A stretch of 37,982 nt of DNA from an uncultured Gammaproteobacteria bacterium. Its GTDB lineage: Bacteria > Pseudomonadota > Gammaproteobacteria > UBA9214. Position numbers and translations under genes: made by a program. The notes beneath the pieces are model-generated. The model was given only the letters and a program-made list of their open reading frames with translations, was not told the origin of the DNA and did not search any database. The first letter of the stretch is position 1, and each line of letters begins with the position of its first letter. The stretch spans positions 1-37,982 of the forward strand of contig CAJQNP010000006.1 in assembly GCA_905479705.1 (NCBI GenBank), written 5' to 3'. Positions 22,681-32,068 of this stretch are shown here, piece after piece.

Positions 22681-22755
22681 GGCGCCGGTGCAATGTTAGA
22701 ATGCGTCCCGACCAACAGCACAGGCTCCTGACCCGATCCGGCGAATGGCCTGGTT

Positions 22756-22843
22756 CTGCAGGGCTGAATGCATTCGGCCAGCAGGCGTAAATGATGAACA
22801 AGCAGCATGGGACAGCGATGGCCGAATGCATTCGGCCCTGCAG
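22756..22843. repeat. REP doublet, family A variant (GCAG end, GAATGCATTC core)
   Basis: CTGCAGGGCTGAATGCATTCGGCCA (22756-22780) / TGGCCGAATGCATTCGGCCCTGCAG (22819-22843). Confidence 0.8.
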
Positions 22844-22868
22844 TGCAGCCAACACCAGGAACCAGTTA

Positions 22869-23894
22869 ATGAATCAACAATTGAATATTTCCAGAACTCT
22901 CGCATCAGCAATACTGCTTGTTTCGATACTTATTGGCCCGCCTGGCGCGAATGCCGGCAACTATAACGACCAGCCACAGGTACAGGACTTCATCGACATG
23001 ATGGTCGACAAGCACGGTTTCGAGCAGCAACAGCTGGTTGCGGTGTTCAACGAGGCCAAGCGCCGCGAGGACATCCTCGAGCTGATGCGCAAACCGGCGG
23101 AGAAGCGCCTCAAGTGGTACGAGTACCGGAAAATATTCCTGACCGCAGGCCGCATCGATGGCGGCGTCGACTTCTGGAAGCAAAATCTGGACGCCCTGCA
23201 AAAGGCCGAGGCCACCTACGGCGTCGCACCGCAAATCATTGTCGCCATTATCGGCGTCGAGACCCGCTATGGCGGCAACACCGGCCGCCACCGGGTCATC
23301 GATGCGCTTTCCACGCTGGCCTTTGACTACCCGCCGCGCAGCGAGTTCTTCAGCGGCGAACTGGAGCAGTTCCTGATCCTCGGCCGGGAAGAAGATATCG
23401 ACGTCACCACCACGACCGGCTCCTACGCGGGCGCCATGGGCTACGGCCAGTTCATCCCCAGCAGTTACCGCCACTACGCGGTTGATTTTGACGGCGACGG
23501 CAAGCGTGACCTGTGGGAAAACAAGATGGATATCATTGGCAGCGTCGCCAACTACTTCAAGGAACATGGCTGGAAAACCGGCGCACCGGTCGCGGTACTG
23601 GCCAGCGTGGAAGGCGAGCGCTACAAGGAAATCCTCGAGATGGGCTACAAACCACACACCGTGCTGGATGCCCTGCGTCACGACGGCATCATCCCGCAGC
23701 AACCAATGCCGGATGAGCTGGTTGCCGCCCTGATCAGCCTCGATCAGGAAGACGGGCCGGAATACTGGCTGGACTTCAATAACTTTTATGCCATCACGCG
23801 TTATAATCACAGTCCGCTGTATGCCATGGCGGTCTACCAGCTCAGTGAAGAAATTCGTTCCGCTTACGAGAAGACACGGTTATTCAATGAGTAG
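22869..23894 (+). CDS. mltB: Lytic murein transglycosylase B
   Basis: IVAIIGVETRYG, GSYAGAMG..QF.PSSY, DFDGDGKRDL, NFYAITRYNHS.LYAMAV. Confidence 0.95.
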   Translation: MNQQLNISRTLASAILLVSILIGPPGANAGNYNDQPQVQDFIDMMVDKHGFEQQQLVAVFNEAKRREDILELMRKPAEKRLKWYEYRKIFLTAGRIDGGVDFWKQNLDALQKAEATYGVAPQIIVAIIGVETRYGGNTGRHRVIDALSTLAFDYPPRSEFFSGELEQFLILGREEDIDVTTTTGSYAGAMGYGQFIPSSYRHYAVDFDGDGKRDLWENKMDIIGSVANYFKEHGWKTGAPVAVLASVEGERYKEILEMGYKPHTVLDALRHDGIIPQQPMPDELVAALISLDQEDGPEYWLDFNNFYAITRYNHSPLYAMAVYQLSEEIRSAYEKTRLFNE

Positions 23895-24723
23895 ACAAAC
23901 ACAGAAACACAGGGGTGCACTCTGGCTAATTGCAGGCGTGCTGCTGACCAGTGGCTGTTTCACCGCCTGCACCTCGATGCAGAGCACCCTGGTATCCGAC
24001 GATGCACCGGCCAACCCGCGCGATGTGTCCAATGTGCCCGATGCCGTGCCGCGCGCCGAGCCACTGAGCCGCTACGGCAATATGGAGTCCTACCAGGTAT
24101 ACGGCAAGACCTACCACACCCTGCCCTCAAGCTCCGGCTACCGGGAAAGTGGCATTGCCTCCTGGTACGGCACCAAGTTTCACGGCAAGCGCACCTCCAG
24201 CGGCGAGCCCTATGATCTGTACGCCATGACGGCCGCGCACAAGACGCTGCCGCTACCGACCTACGTCGAGGTCACCAACCTGAAGAACAACCGCAAGGTC
24301 ATCGTCAAGGTCAACGACCGCGGCCCGTTCCACGAGGACCGCCTCATCGACCTGTCGTACTCGGCTGCATCGCGGCTGGATATCCTGCCCTACGGCACCG
24401 GCGAGGTAGAGATACGCGCCATCGACCCGACGCAGTCTGGTCAACCTGCAGCGCCCGCGAGTGCAGCCATGACAGCACTGCCAGGCGATTCACTGCTGTT
24501 CCTGCAGGTCGGCGCCTTCTCCAGCCGCGCCAACGCGGAGCGCATGCAGGGAGACCTGCAGACGCAGAACCTCGGTGCAATCCGCATCGTCGAGGCAACC
24601 ACCGATGCCGGCACCTTCTACAAGGTCCAGGTCGGGCCGCTACCGAGTCACATGGAAGCCAACCGTGTCACCCAGGAACTCAAAACGCTGGGTATCGACA
24701 ACAGTCATTCCATCGTTCAGTAA
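23887..24723 (+). CDS. rlpA: Septal ring lytic transglycosylase RlpA
   Basis: GIASWYG..FHG..T.SGE.YD..AMTAAH.TLP, VNDRGPF, C-terminal SPOR domain (LQVGAFS). Confidence 0.95.
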   Translation: MSRQTQKHRGALWLIAGVLLTSGCFTACTSMQSTLVSDDAPANPRDVSNVPDAVPRAEPLSRYGNMESYQVYGKTYHTLPSSSGYRESGIASWYGTKFHGKRTSSGEPYDLYAMTAAHKTLPLPTYVEVTNLKNNRKVIVKVNDRGPFHEDRLIDLSYSAASRLDILPYGTGEVEIRAIDPTQSGQPAAPASAAMTALPGDSLLFLQVGAFSSRANAERMQGDLQTQNLGAIRIVEATTDAGTFYKVQVGPLPSHMEANRVTQELKTLGIDNSHSIVQ

Positions 24724-24814
24724 CCACGCACAGGGCCGTGGCAGGCATTGCAAAATTCCGGCGACAGTCGGACAATGCGTGCCAACATTTGTTACCAATA
24801 CCCCCAGGAAAACT

Positions 24815-25957
24815 ATGCATAAGCATCTGTTATATATAGCTATATTTCTATCCCAGCTGATCGGCGCCAGCCTTGCCCAGGCAGCCCTGCCGATACCCAA
24901 ACCCCCGTCAACCGGTGCCAAGTCATTCATTATTCAGGACTATGGAAGCGGCAACATCCTTGCCGAGAAAAACTCCGACGTCTCGGTCGAACCGGCCAGC
25001 ATCACCAAGCTGATGACCGCCTATACCATCTTCAATGAACTGCAATCCGGGAACATCGCCCTGACCGACATCGTCACCATCAGCGAGAAGGCCTGGCGCA
25101 CACCCGGCTCACGCATGTTCGTCGAGGTCGGCAAACAGGTGGCCGTTGAAGACCTGCTGCAGGGCATGATCGTGCAGTCCGGCAACGATGCCACCGTGGC
25201 ACTCGCCGAGTATGTCGCCGGCAGCGAGGACTCCTTTGCCGCGCTGATGAACAAGCATGCCGAGGAGATCGGCCTGACCGGCAGCCACTTCATGAACTCG
25301 ACCGGCCTGCCGGATGACAATCACTACATGACGGCCAGGGATATTGCACAGCTGTCGACCCTGCTGATCAAGAACTACCCCGAGTACTACAAGTGGTACT
25401 CGCAAAAGGAATACACCTTCAACGATATTACCCAGCACAACCGCAACAAGCTGTTGTGGCGTGATGATAGCGTCGACGGACTGAAAACCGGGCACACCGA
25501 TTCGGCCGGCTGGTGCCTGGTGACCTCTGCAGAAAAGGAAGGCATGCGCCTGATCACCGTGGTACTGGGTACCAACAGCGACAACGCGCGCACCGACGCC
25601 AGCCAGGCACTGCTGAATTACGGTTTTCGTTTCTTTGAAACCCACAAACTCTATGATGCCGGTACCCAGTTGACGACTTCACGCATCTGGAAGGGCAGTA
25701 GCGAAACCATCGCACTGGGTGTCGACAAGCCGCTGTATGTCACCATCCCGCGCGGCCAGTACAACGCACTGGATGCCTCCATGAATATCGACCAGCGCAT
25801 CATGGCCCCGGTCAATGCCGGGCAGTCACTGGGCAGCGTGCTGGTGAAACTCGGCGAACAGGTGGTAGCCGACCAGCCGCTGGTCAGTCTGCAGTCCATC
25901 GGTGAGGGCTCTTTCTGGCAACGCATTACCGACGAAGGCCTGCTGTACTTCGAGTAA
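24815..25957 (+). CDS. dacA: D-alanyl-D-alanine carboxypeptidase (PBP5/6)
   Basis: PASITK (SxxK), SGND (SxN), DGLKTGHT (KTG); signal peptide. Confidence 0.93.
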   Translation: MHKHLLYIAIFLSQLIGASLAQAALPIPKPPSTGAKSFIIQDYGSGNILAEKNSDVSVEPASITKLMTAYTIFNELQSGNIALTDIVTISEKAWRTPGSRMFVEVGKQVAVEDLLQGMIVQSGNDATVALAEYVAGSEDSFAALMNKHAEEIGLTGSHFMNSTGLPDDNHYMTARDIAQLSTLLIKNYPEYYKWYSQKEYTFNDITQHNRNKLLWRDDSVDGLKTGHTDSAGWCLVTSAEKEGMRLITVVLGTNSDNARTDASQALLNYGFRFFETHKLYDAGTQLTTSRIWKGSSETIALGVDKPLYVTIPRGQYNALDASMNIDQRIMAPVNAGQSLGSVLVKLGEQVVADQPLVSLQSIGEGSFWQRITDEGLLYFE

Positions 25958-25969
25958 GGCTGACCAGCA

Positions 25970-26836
25970 GTGGTGCCCACAGCCTACCTGAACGGGGAGT
26001 TTCTGCCCCTGTCGGAAACACGCATCTCGGTCATGGACCGTGGATTCCTGTTTGGCGACGGGGTCTACGAGGTCATCCCGGTCTATGGCGGCAGGCTGTT
26101 TCGGCTGGAACATCATCTGAAGCGCCTGCAAAACAGCCTCGACGCCATTCGTATCAGTAACCCGCTGGCTCCTGCCGAGTGGCACCTGATGCTGACGAAA
26201 CTGGTGGAAAGCAACGACGCTGAGGACCAGGCCGTGTACCTGCAGGTCACCCGGGGCGTTGCGGAAAAGCGCGACCACGCCTTCCCGGCCGATGTAACAC
26301 CGACGCTGTTCGCCATGAGCACGCCCATGGCCGAATCGGTTGATATTGACGCCATCCCGGGCGTTAGCGCCGTCACCCTGGAGGATATTCGCTGGAACCT
26401 CTGTAACGTCAAGGCAATCACACTGCTGCCCAATGTGTTGCTGCGCCAGCAGGCGATTGACGACGGCGGCACCGAGGCCATTCTCATCAAGAACGGACTA
26501 GCCATCGAGGGCGCGGCCAGTAACGTGTTTATCGTCAGCAACGGCCTGTTGATCACACCACCGAACGGCCCCTCACTGCTGCCTGGTATTACCCGCGACC
26601 TCGTAATCGAACTCGCCGCCAATCACGCCATCCCGTTTCGCGAGGCCGACATCACGGAACAGCAACTGTTTAACGCCGAGGAAATCTGGCTGACCAGCTC
26701 CACCCGCGAGATCTCGCCGGTTATCCAGCTCAATGACCGGGTCATCAGTGCTGGCAAACCGGGGCCACTGTGGCGTCGCATGATTAACCTGTACCAGGAC
26801 CACAAGATGGCCATTCGCAAGGGCGAGGCGAGTTAA
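25970..26836 (+). CDS. dat: D-amino acid aminotransferase (PLP fold IV)
   Basis: YLNGEF, DRGFLFGDGVYEV, YLQVTRG..RDH.FP, K...LL, EG..SN, LPGITR. Confidence 0.9.
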   Translation: MVPTAYLNGEFLPLSETRISVMDRGFLFGDGVYEVIPVYGGRLFRLEHHLKRLQNSLDAIRISNPLAPAEWHLMLTKLVESNDAEDQAVYLQVTRGVAEKRDHAFPADVTPTLFAMSTPMAESVDIDAIPGVSAVTLEDIRWNLCNVKAITLLPNVLLRQQAIDDGGTEAILIKNGLAIEGAASNVFIVSNGLLITPPNGPSLLPGITRDLVIELAANHAIPFREADITEQQLFNAEEIWLTSSTREISPVIQLNDRVISAGKPGPLWRRMINLYQDHKMAIRKGEAS

Positions 26837-26878
26837 TCTGACTCGAATCGTGCGGTTACTTCAATGACAGAGGCAAAC

Positions 26879-27592
26879 ATGAATAACAAATTCAGCGCCG
26901 CGATACTCGGCCTGGGTATCTTTCTCGGACTCACTGTACTCGGTTACCTGCTGGCAAACGCCGCCATCACGTACAAGGAATACGAGCGCACCATCAGCGT
27001 CAAGGGCCTGGCCGAGCGCGAGTACCCGGCGGATATCGTCATCTGGCCGATCCAGTTCACCGCCGCCAGCAATGACGTCGAGGGGCTGTACACTGCCATC
27101 GAGAGCAGTACCGCGAAGATCAGGTCCTTTCTAAGGGAATGCGGACTGGACGACTCGGAGGTATCCCTGTCTCCGCCGGCAATCACCGACAAGTCCGCGC
27201 AGAGCTACGGTAATACCAACCTGGTTGAATTCCGCTACTCGGCCGTACAGACGGTCAATGTCTACTCGCACAACATTGACGCGGTACGCGCCATCATGAG
27301 CGACCTGGCACAACTCGGTAAACAGGGGATCGTCTTTACCGCTGGCAACTACCAGTCACAGACAGAGTATCTGTTTACGCGGCTGAACGAGGTCAAGCCT
27401 GCCATGATCGAGGAAGCCACCAACAAGGCACGCGAGGTGGCCGTGAAATTCGCACAGGACTCGCAGAGCACGCTTGGCAAGATCAAACGTGCCTCGCAGG
27501 GCCAGTTCAGCATCAGCGCACGCGACAACAATACGCCGCACATCAAGCGCGTCCGCGTGGTCTCGACGGTCGAGTACTACCTCTCGGACTGA
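26879..27592 (+). CDS. SIMPL (DUF541) domain protein
   Basis: N-terminal TM, ISVKGLAERE..AD...W, A..FA.DS...LG.I..A.QG.FSI, K.VRVVSTVEY.L; GAGG RBS. Confidence 0.88.
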   Translation: MNNKFSAAILGLGIFLGLTVLGYLLANAAITYKEYERTISVKGLAEREYPADIVIWPIQFTAASNDVEGLYTAIESSTAKIRSFLRECGLDDSEVSLSPPAITDKSAQSYGNTNLVEFRYSAVQTVNVYSHNIDAVRAIMSDLAQLGKQGIVFTAGNYQSQTEYLFTRLNEVKPAMIEEATNKAREVAVKFAQDSQSTLGKIKRASQGQFSISARDNNTPHIKRVRVVSTVEYYLSD

Positions 27593-27934
27593 CGTGCAGA
27601 TGGCCGAATGAATTCGGCCCTACAACGGTGGCTCGGACTGACGTGCGGATGGCCGAATGAATTCGGCCCTACAACGGTGGCCTGGATAGCTGCCAACTGT
27701 AGGGTCGAATTCATTCGACCAGCAGCATTACAACAAACCCGGTTACCAAATGCGCCCTGCCGGCCGGATAAATCCGGCCCTACAACGATGAATTGACAAC
27801 AACGCATCAACGATCCCTAATCATCAACATTCAGGAGCCCGGCCGAATGAATTCGGCCCTACATTGACAATTCGCATACTACCCGACTGTAGGGTCGAAT
27901 TCATTCGACCAGCAGCCTTGCAACAACCCGGTTA
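27583..27934. repeat. BIME-like cluster of six family-A REPs
   Basis: REP copies at about 27601, 27650, 27698, 27762, 27841 and 27888 in both orientations between convergent genes; 49-bp tandem duplication 27583-27680. Confidence 0.9.
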
Positions 27935-27976
27935 GCGGGCGATCACCACTGCCCTGCTCTACCGGATTAAACAGGC

Positions 27977-28573
27977 CTACAGTGCCTCACCCGCCAGCGT
28001 TTCACCACGGCCATTCAGCAGGTAGACCGCTCGCCCCTCACGACCGCATTCCAGCCTGATTCGCAGCGCCACACCGGATGGTTGTGTCTGCAGCCCTTCA
28101 TAACTGAACAGGATACCGAGGGCCTTGCCATGGGCGGCGGCCTTCTCGAGACGCTTGCCCATCAGTTCGGTGCGGCAATTCGGCCAGGCCATCACGACAC
28201 TGCATTCCCCGGCCTGCAGCAGTGATTCGGCTGTCCACAGGGCACTGCGCCCGGGGTGCGGGTTAACCTGCAGTACCCGTTCATGACGAACCGCCGACTC
28301 GGTAAACAACTGTGAACGTGCCGGCCAGGTCGGATTCACCATGGCGATCCAGCGACGTTGCTGACTGATGCGTACCAGTGCCGGCATCAACACACTCATG
28401 GCCTCGCTGTAGGCATCCGGCAGGATGACCTCGACCAGACCGCTCCTGGGCCAGCCACCACCGGGGAGCAACTCGTCAAGCACGGCGCTGCCGGTGGATG
28501 TAACCAGAGAGGACCCGGAAGCGGTCGTGCTTTCCCAGGCATTCACATGATGCAATTGATTGGCTGTCTTCAT
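27977..28573 (-). CDS. imuA: ImuA/SulA-like RecA-fold SOS protein
   Basis: TG...LDELLPGGGWP..GLVE, LMPAL, W.A.V.P, LW.AE.LL..G.C..V.AW; TGATG coupling to lexA. Confidence 0.75.
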   Translation of the reverse strand: MKTANQLHHVNAWESTTASGSSLVTSTGSAVLDELLPGGGWPRSGLVEVILPDAYSEAMSVLMPALVRISQQRRWIAMVNPTWPARSQLFTESAVRHERVLQVNPHPGRSALWTAESLLQAGECSVVMAWPNCRTELMGKRLEKAAAHGKALGILFSYEGLQTQPSGVALRIRLECGREGRAVYLLNGRGETLAGEAL

Positions 28574-29190
28574 CAGTTTATCTCCTTTCGTAATACGCCC
28601 ACGGCAAGGCCCTCGATATGCAGGTCCTGCTCACGCAGATCGACGCGAATCGGTTCATAGGCCGGGTTTTCTGCAATCAGCCGCACAATCGAGCCGCGCT
28701 GGCGAAAGCGTTTAACAGTCACGTCATCATCAAGGCGCGCCACCACGACCTGGCCATTCTCGGCACGCGGCGTGCGGTGCACGGCCAGCAGGTCACCGTC
28801 ATGAATACCGATATCCAGCATACTGTCACCACGCACGCGCAGCAGATAATCAGCACGCGGATGAAAGGCATCACCCTCAAGCGGACAGTAGTCCTCGATA
28901 TTCTGCTCCGCCAGGATCGGCTCGCCGGCCGCGACCCGGCCGACCACCGGCAGACCGTATTCCTCATCTTCCTCGTCCAGCAGGCGAATGCCGCGTGACG
29001 AACCGGGGATCATCTCGATGTAGCCCTTGCGTTCCAGCGCGCGCAGGTGGTCCTCGGCGGCGTTGGCCGACCGAAAGCCCAGCGTGGCAGCAATCTCGGC
29101 ACGGGTGGGCGGGCAGCCCTCCTCCTTGATATAACCACGGATCAGTTCGAGGATCTCGGCCTGGCGTGCGGTCAGGGTGTTCTCATTCAT
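28573..29190 (-). CDS. lexA: SOS repressor LexA
   Basis: [26 protein letters not shown] cleavage site, GDSM (Ser), VTVKR (Lys). Confidence 0.98.
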   Translation of the reverse strand: MNENTLTARQAEILELIRGYIKEEGCPPTRAEIAATLGFRSANAAEDHLRALERKGYIEMIPGSSRGIRLLDEEDEEYGLPVVGRVAAGEPILAEQNIEDYCPLEGDAFHPRADYLLRVRGDSMLDIGIHDGDLLAVHRTPRAENGQVVVARLDDDVTVKRFRQRGSIVRLIAENPAYEPIRVDLREQDLHIEGLAVGVLRKEIN

Positions 29191-29199
29191 GTCTTTTCA

Positions 29200-29251
29200 C
29201 TGGCTATCTGTACAGGTACTGTGATTATATACAGTAAACACATAAATGCAA
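29200..29251 (-). promoter_or_regulatory. lexA sigma70 promoter with two tandem SOS boxes
   Basis: CTG-N10-CAG at 29200-29215 and TACTGTGATTATATACAGTA at 29217-29236; minus-strand TTGCAT-N16-TATAAT with the -10 inside the second box. Confidence 0.9.
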
Positions 29252-29424
29252 GTGTTTTTTATCCTGTTGATTTACATGATTTTGTTTACTCATCCTGGAT
29301 TTCTACCCGGGATACCGGGCGGAACTGTGCGCGACCACAAATTCGATTATTATAGGCGCCGACCATTCCGGCGCAGCCCCCTGCCCGGGCCCCACAGACC
29401 CTGACAACGGCACAATCGACATCC

Positions 29425-30648
29425 ATGCTAGACACACACCCCCCAGCACGCCACAGCGTTGCCGTTCAGGTCGGCCACGTCGTCATCGGTGGCAACTCAC
29501 CGATCGTGGTGCAGTCCATGACAAACACCGACACGGCCGATGTTGCCGCCACCGTGAAGCAGATACGTGAACTCGCACAGGCCGGCTCGGAACTGGTACG
29601 CCTTACCATCAATACCGACGGTGCCGCGCGCGCGGTAGCGGAGATCGCGGAGCAGTTACAACAAGCGGATGTTGATGTGCCACTCATCGGTGACTTTCAT
29701 TTCAACGGCCACAAGCTGCTGGCGAATAATCCTGACTGTGCGCAGGCACTGGCCAAGTACCGCATCAACCCCGGCAATGTCGGCCGCGGCAAGAAACGCG
29801 ACGAGCAGTTCGCCGAGATGATCGAGATTGCCTGTCGTTATGAGAAGCCGGTACGCATTGGCGTTAACTGGGGCAGCCTGGACCAGGCGCTGGTGGCGCG
29901 CCTGATGGATGACAACGCGCGGCGTATCGATGCAAAAGATGCGCAGGACATCATGCATGAAATCATGGTCACCTCGGCGCTGGAAAGCGCGGCACAGGCG
30001 GAAGCACTGGGTATGCCGCGCAACCGCATTATCCTGTCGGCCAAGATGAGCGGCGTGCAGGACCTGATTGCCGTGTACCGGGAGCTCTCTGCACAGAGTG
30101 ACCACGCCCTGCACCTGGGCCTGACCGAGGCCGGCATGGGTTCCAAGGGCATCGTGGCTTCAACGGCGGCGCTGTCCGTGTTATTGCAGGAAGGCATCGG
30201 CGACACCATTCGCATTTCGCTGACGCCGGAACCGGGCGGCGATCGTTGCCGCGAGGTCATCGTCGCGCAGGAATTACTGCAGGCCATGGAACTGCGGCAT
30301 TTCACACCGGCGGTGATTGCCTGCCCCGGCTGCGGCCGTACCACCAGTCATTACTTCCAGCAACTGGCGCAGGACATCCAGACCCATTTACGCGAACAGA
30401 TGCCGGTCTGGCGGCAGCACCACCCGGGCGTTGAAGAGATGAAGGTTGCCGTGATGGGGTGCGTGGTGAACGGGCCTGGTGAAAGCAAGCATGCCAACAT
30501 CGGGATCAGTCTGCCGGGTACCGGGGAGAGCCCGGTGGCACCGGTTTATGTCGATGGAGAAAAGACCGTGACGCTTAAGGGTGACGCGATCGCGGCGGAC
30601 TTCCAGAAGATCGTGGATGACTACGTCGTGCGGCGTTACGGCAAGTAA
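29425..30648 (+). CDS. ispG: (E)-4-hydroxy-3-methylbut-2-enyl-diphosphate synthase
   Basis: [60 protein letters not shown]. Confidence 0.98.
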   Translation: MLDTHPPARHSVAVQVGHVVIGGNSPIVVQSMTNTDTADVAATVKQIRELAQAGSELVRLTINTDGAARAVAEIAEQLQQADVDVPLIGDFHFNGHKLLANNPDCAQALAKYRINPGNVGRGKKRDEQFAEMIEIACRYEKPVRIGVNWGSLDQALVARLMDDNARRIDAKDAQDIMHEIMVTSALESAAQAEALGMPRNRIILSAKMSGVQDLIAVYRELSAQSDHALHLGLTEAGMGSKGIVASTAALSVLLQEGIGDTIRISLTPEPGGDRCREVIVAQELLQAMELRHFTPAVIACPGCGRTTSHYFQQLAQDIQTHLREQMPVWRQHHPGVEEMKVAVMGCVVNGPGESKHANIGISLPGTGESPVAPVYVDGEKTVTLKGDAIAADFQKIVDDYVVRRYGK

Positions 30649-30660
30649 CGCGCAACCCGC

Positions 30661-30861
30661 CTAGCGCGCATTACGTAACGGTGACGGCGGCGTCCTGTCT
30701 ACCGTGGCGAGGTGTGAATAGTTAAGACTTTCCTGCCTGACGCGTTCATCGCGCTCGGCCTGCGCGGAAGAAGCCAGCGTGGTGAATACCACGGCCAGCA
30801 GCACCACGACAGCGATGAATTCCAGTGAGTTAATAGCCCGTAGGATTGTCGATCTGTACAT
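30661..30861 (-). CDS. Small hypothetical membrane/secreted protein (66 aa)
   Basis: Hydrophobic FIAVVVLLAVVFTTLA followed by AQA; GGGG RBS-like sequence upstream. Confidence 0.5.
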   Translation of the reverse strand: MYRSTILRAINSLEFIAVVVLLAVVFTTLASSAQAERDERVRQESLNYSHLATVDRTPPSPLRNAR

Positions 30862-31124
30862 GCCCGCCCCTGTTGCCGCCTGAAAACCTCACGGACGTAT
30901 CGGCACATGGCCCCGATCTTCCAGACCCTCGAGGCAACTCTGTGACGCGATTCACGGACAGGGCTGCCTGACAGTGACAGGCGCGGGCTCTCCCTGTTAT
31001 CCGCTACCAGCTGGTGGCAGCTCATAAGATAATGTTTTTACTAATTTTATTTTCCTTAAGGGCATTCCTGGCCGGCCGTTAACCTTGTATGCATGCCCGG
31101 CATGCGCACCAATCGAGGTGGACC

Positions 31125-31310
31125 ATGCGACACGCACACGACAGACGCCAGCCACATCATCCCGAGCCGAATCCCGCGGTTGATAACGGCCTGGAATCGA
31201 CATTGGCAGAACGCCGCAAGACGACTGACAGGCGCAAGGAAAACCTCACACTGGAAGAACGTCAGTACCTGTTCTCGGAAATGCCTTCACCGTCCCCGAA
31301 AGACAACTGA
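31125..31310 (+). CDS. Small hypothetical protein with DRR/ERR motifs (61 aa)
   Basis: GAGGTGG RBS before ATG 31125; HDRRQ...ERRKTTDRRK. Confidence 0.55.
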   Translation: MRHAHDRRQPHHPEPNPAVDNGLESTLAERRKTTDRRKENLTLEERQYLFSEMPSPSPKDN

Positions 31311-31548
31311 AAACACCCTTCTCCCGCGACCCCTGATTATTGAAATAAAGGGGTTTTTTTATGGCGTATGGTGTAAACTCTTTTCAGTCGGCGGTATTGG
31401 ACACGGTTTCAGAACCACCGGCTAAAACAAGAATCACAGTTGCACGTTTTAAATAGGTTATATTGGATGTTCCTCGTTGTACCTCCTGTAATACCCTTTC
31501 ACGGTCTGCGATTCATTATCTGTTCAATTTTTTATAGAGGTAAACAAC

Positions 31549-31752
31549 ATGGCCACAGGCACTGTTAAATGGTTCAACGATTCCAAGGGTTTTGGATTTA
31601 TCGCGCCGAACGATGGCGGCGAAGATGTATTCGTGCACTTTTCTGCGATTAGTGGAGACGGATTCAAGACACTGGCTGAAGGACAGAGCGTAAACTTTGA
31701 TGTCGAGCAGGGTCCGAAAGGTCTGCAGGCAACCAACGTTACCGCTGCCTGA
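31549..31752 (+). CDS. Cold-shock protein (CspA family)
   Basis: GTVKWFN..KGFGFI (RNP1), DVFVHFSAI (RNP2); GAGGT RBS; AT-rich upstream region. Confidence 0.97.
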   Translation: MATGTVKWFNDSKGFGFIAPNDGGEDVFVHFSAISGDGFKTLAEGQSVNFDVEQGPKGLQATNVTAA

Positions 31753-31776
31753 TTTCATCCGGTTGCTGTAAACAGG

Positions 31777-31804
31777 GAACCCCGCCTCGGCGGGGTTCTT
31801 TTTT
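31777..31804 (+). terminator. Intrinsic terminator of csp
   Basis: GAACCCCGCC-TC-GGCGGGGTTC followed by T6. Confidence 0.9.
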
Positions 31805-31844
31805 GGGTGTAATAAAAACCTTGCCACGTGCACGACCGCCCAGG

Positions 31845-32061
31845 CCAGGGTCTAATTTATTCGGCCGTTGATTCCCGCTGGCCGAATGAATTCGGCCCTA
31901 CAAACCAGCGCCGTTATGAATCCGGCCCTACAAATCTGCGCCGTTATGACTCCGGCCCCACAAGCCAGCGCCGTTATGAATCCGGCCCCACAAACCAGCA
32001 CCGTTATGAATCCGGCCCCACAAACCAGCGCGGTTATTGTAGGGTCGAATTCATTCGACCA
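31845..32061. repeat. Family-A REPs flanking a 5 x 30-bp REP-derived tandem array (31886-32035)
   Basis: Unit ATGAATCCGGCCCYACAAACCAGCGCCGTT at 31886, 31916, 31946, 31976, 32006; intact REPs at 31879-31902 and 32038-32061. Confidence 0.9.
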
Positions 32062-32068
32062 TCAGGGC

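Noticed and set aside
27577-27810. Short ORFs over the REP cluster (also 22593-22966 and the extended mltB N-terminus)
   Set aside because: Translations of REP palindromes (VGPNSFG, RMNSAL).
27601-27910. CRISPR array of palindromic repeats
   Set aside because: Mixed orientations, irregular and partly duplicated spacers; typical REP cluster.
31886-32035. CRISPR array
   Set aside because: Contiguous 30-bp units with near-identical linkers, no unique spacers, no cas genes; derived from a REP.
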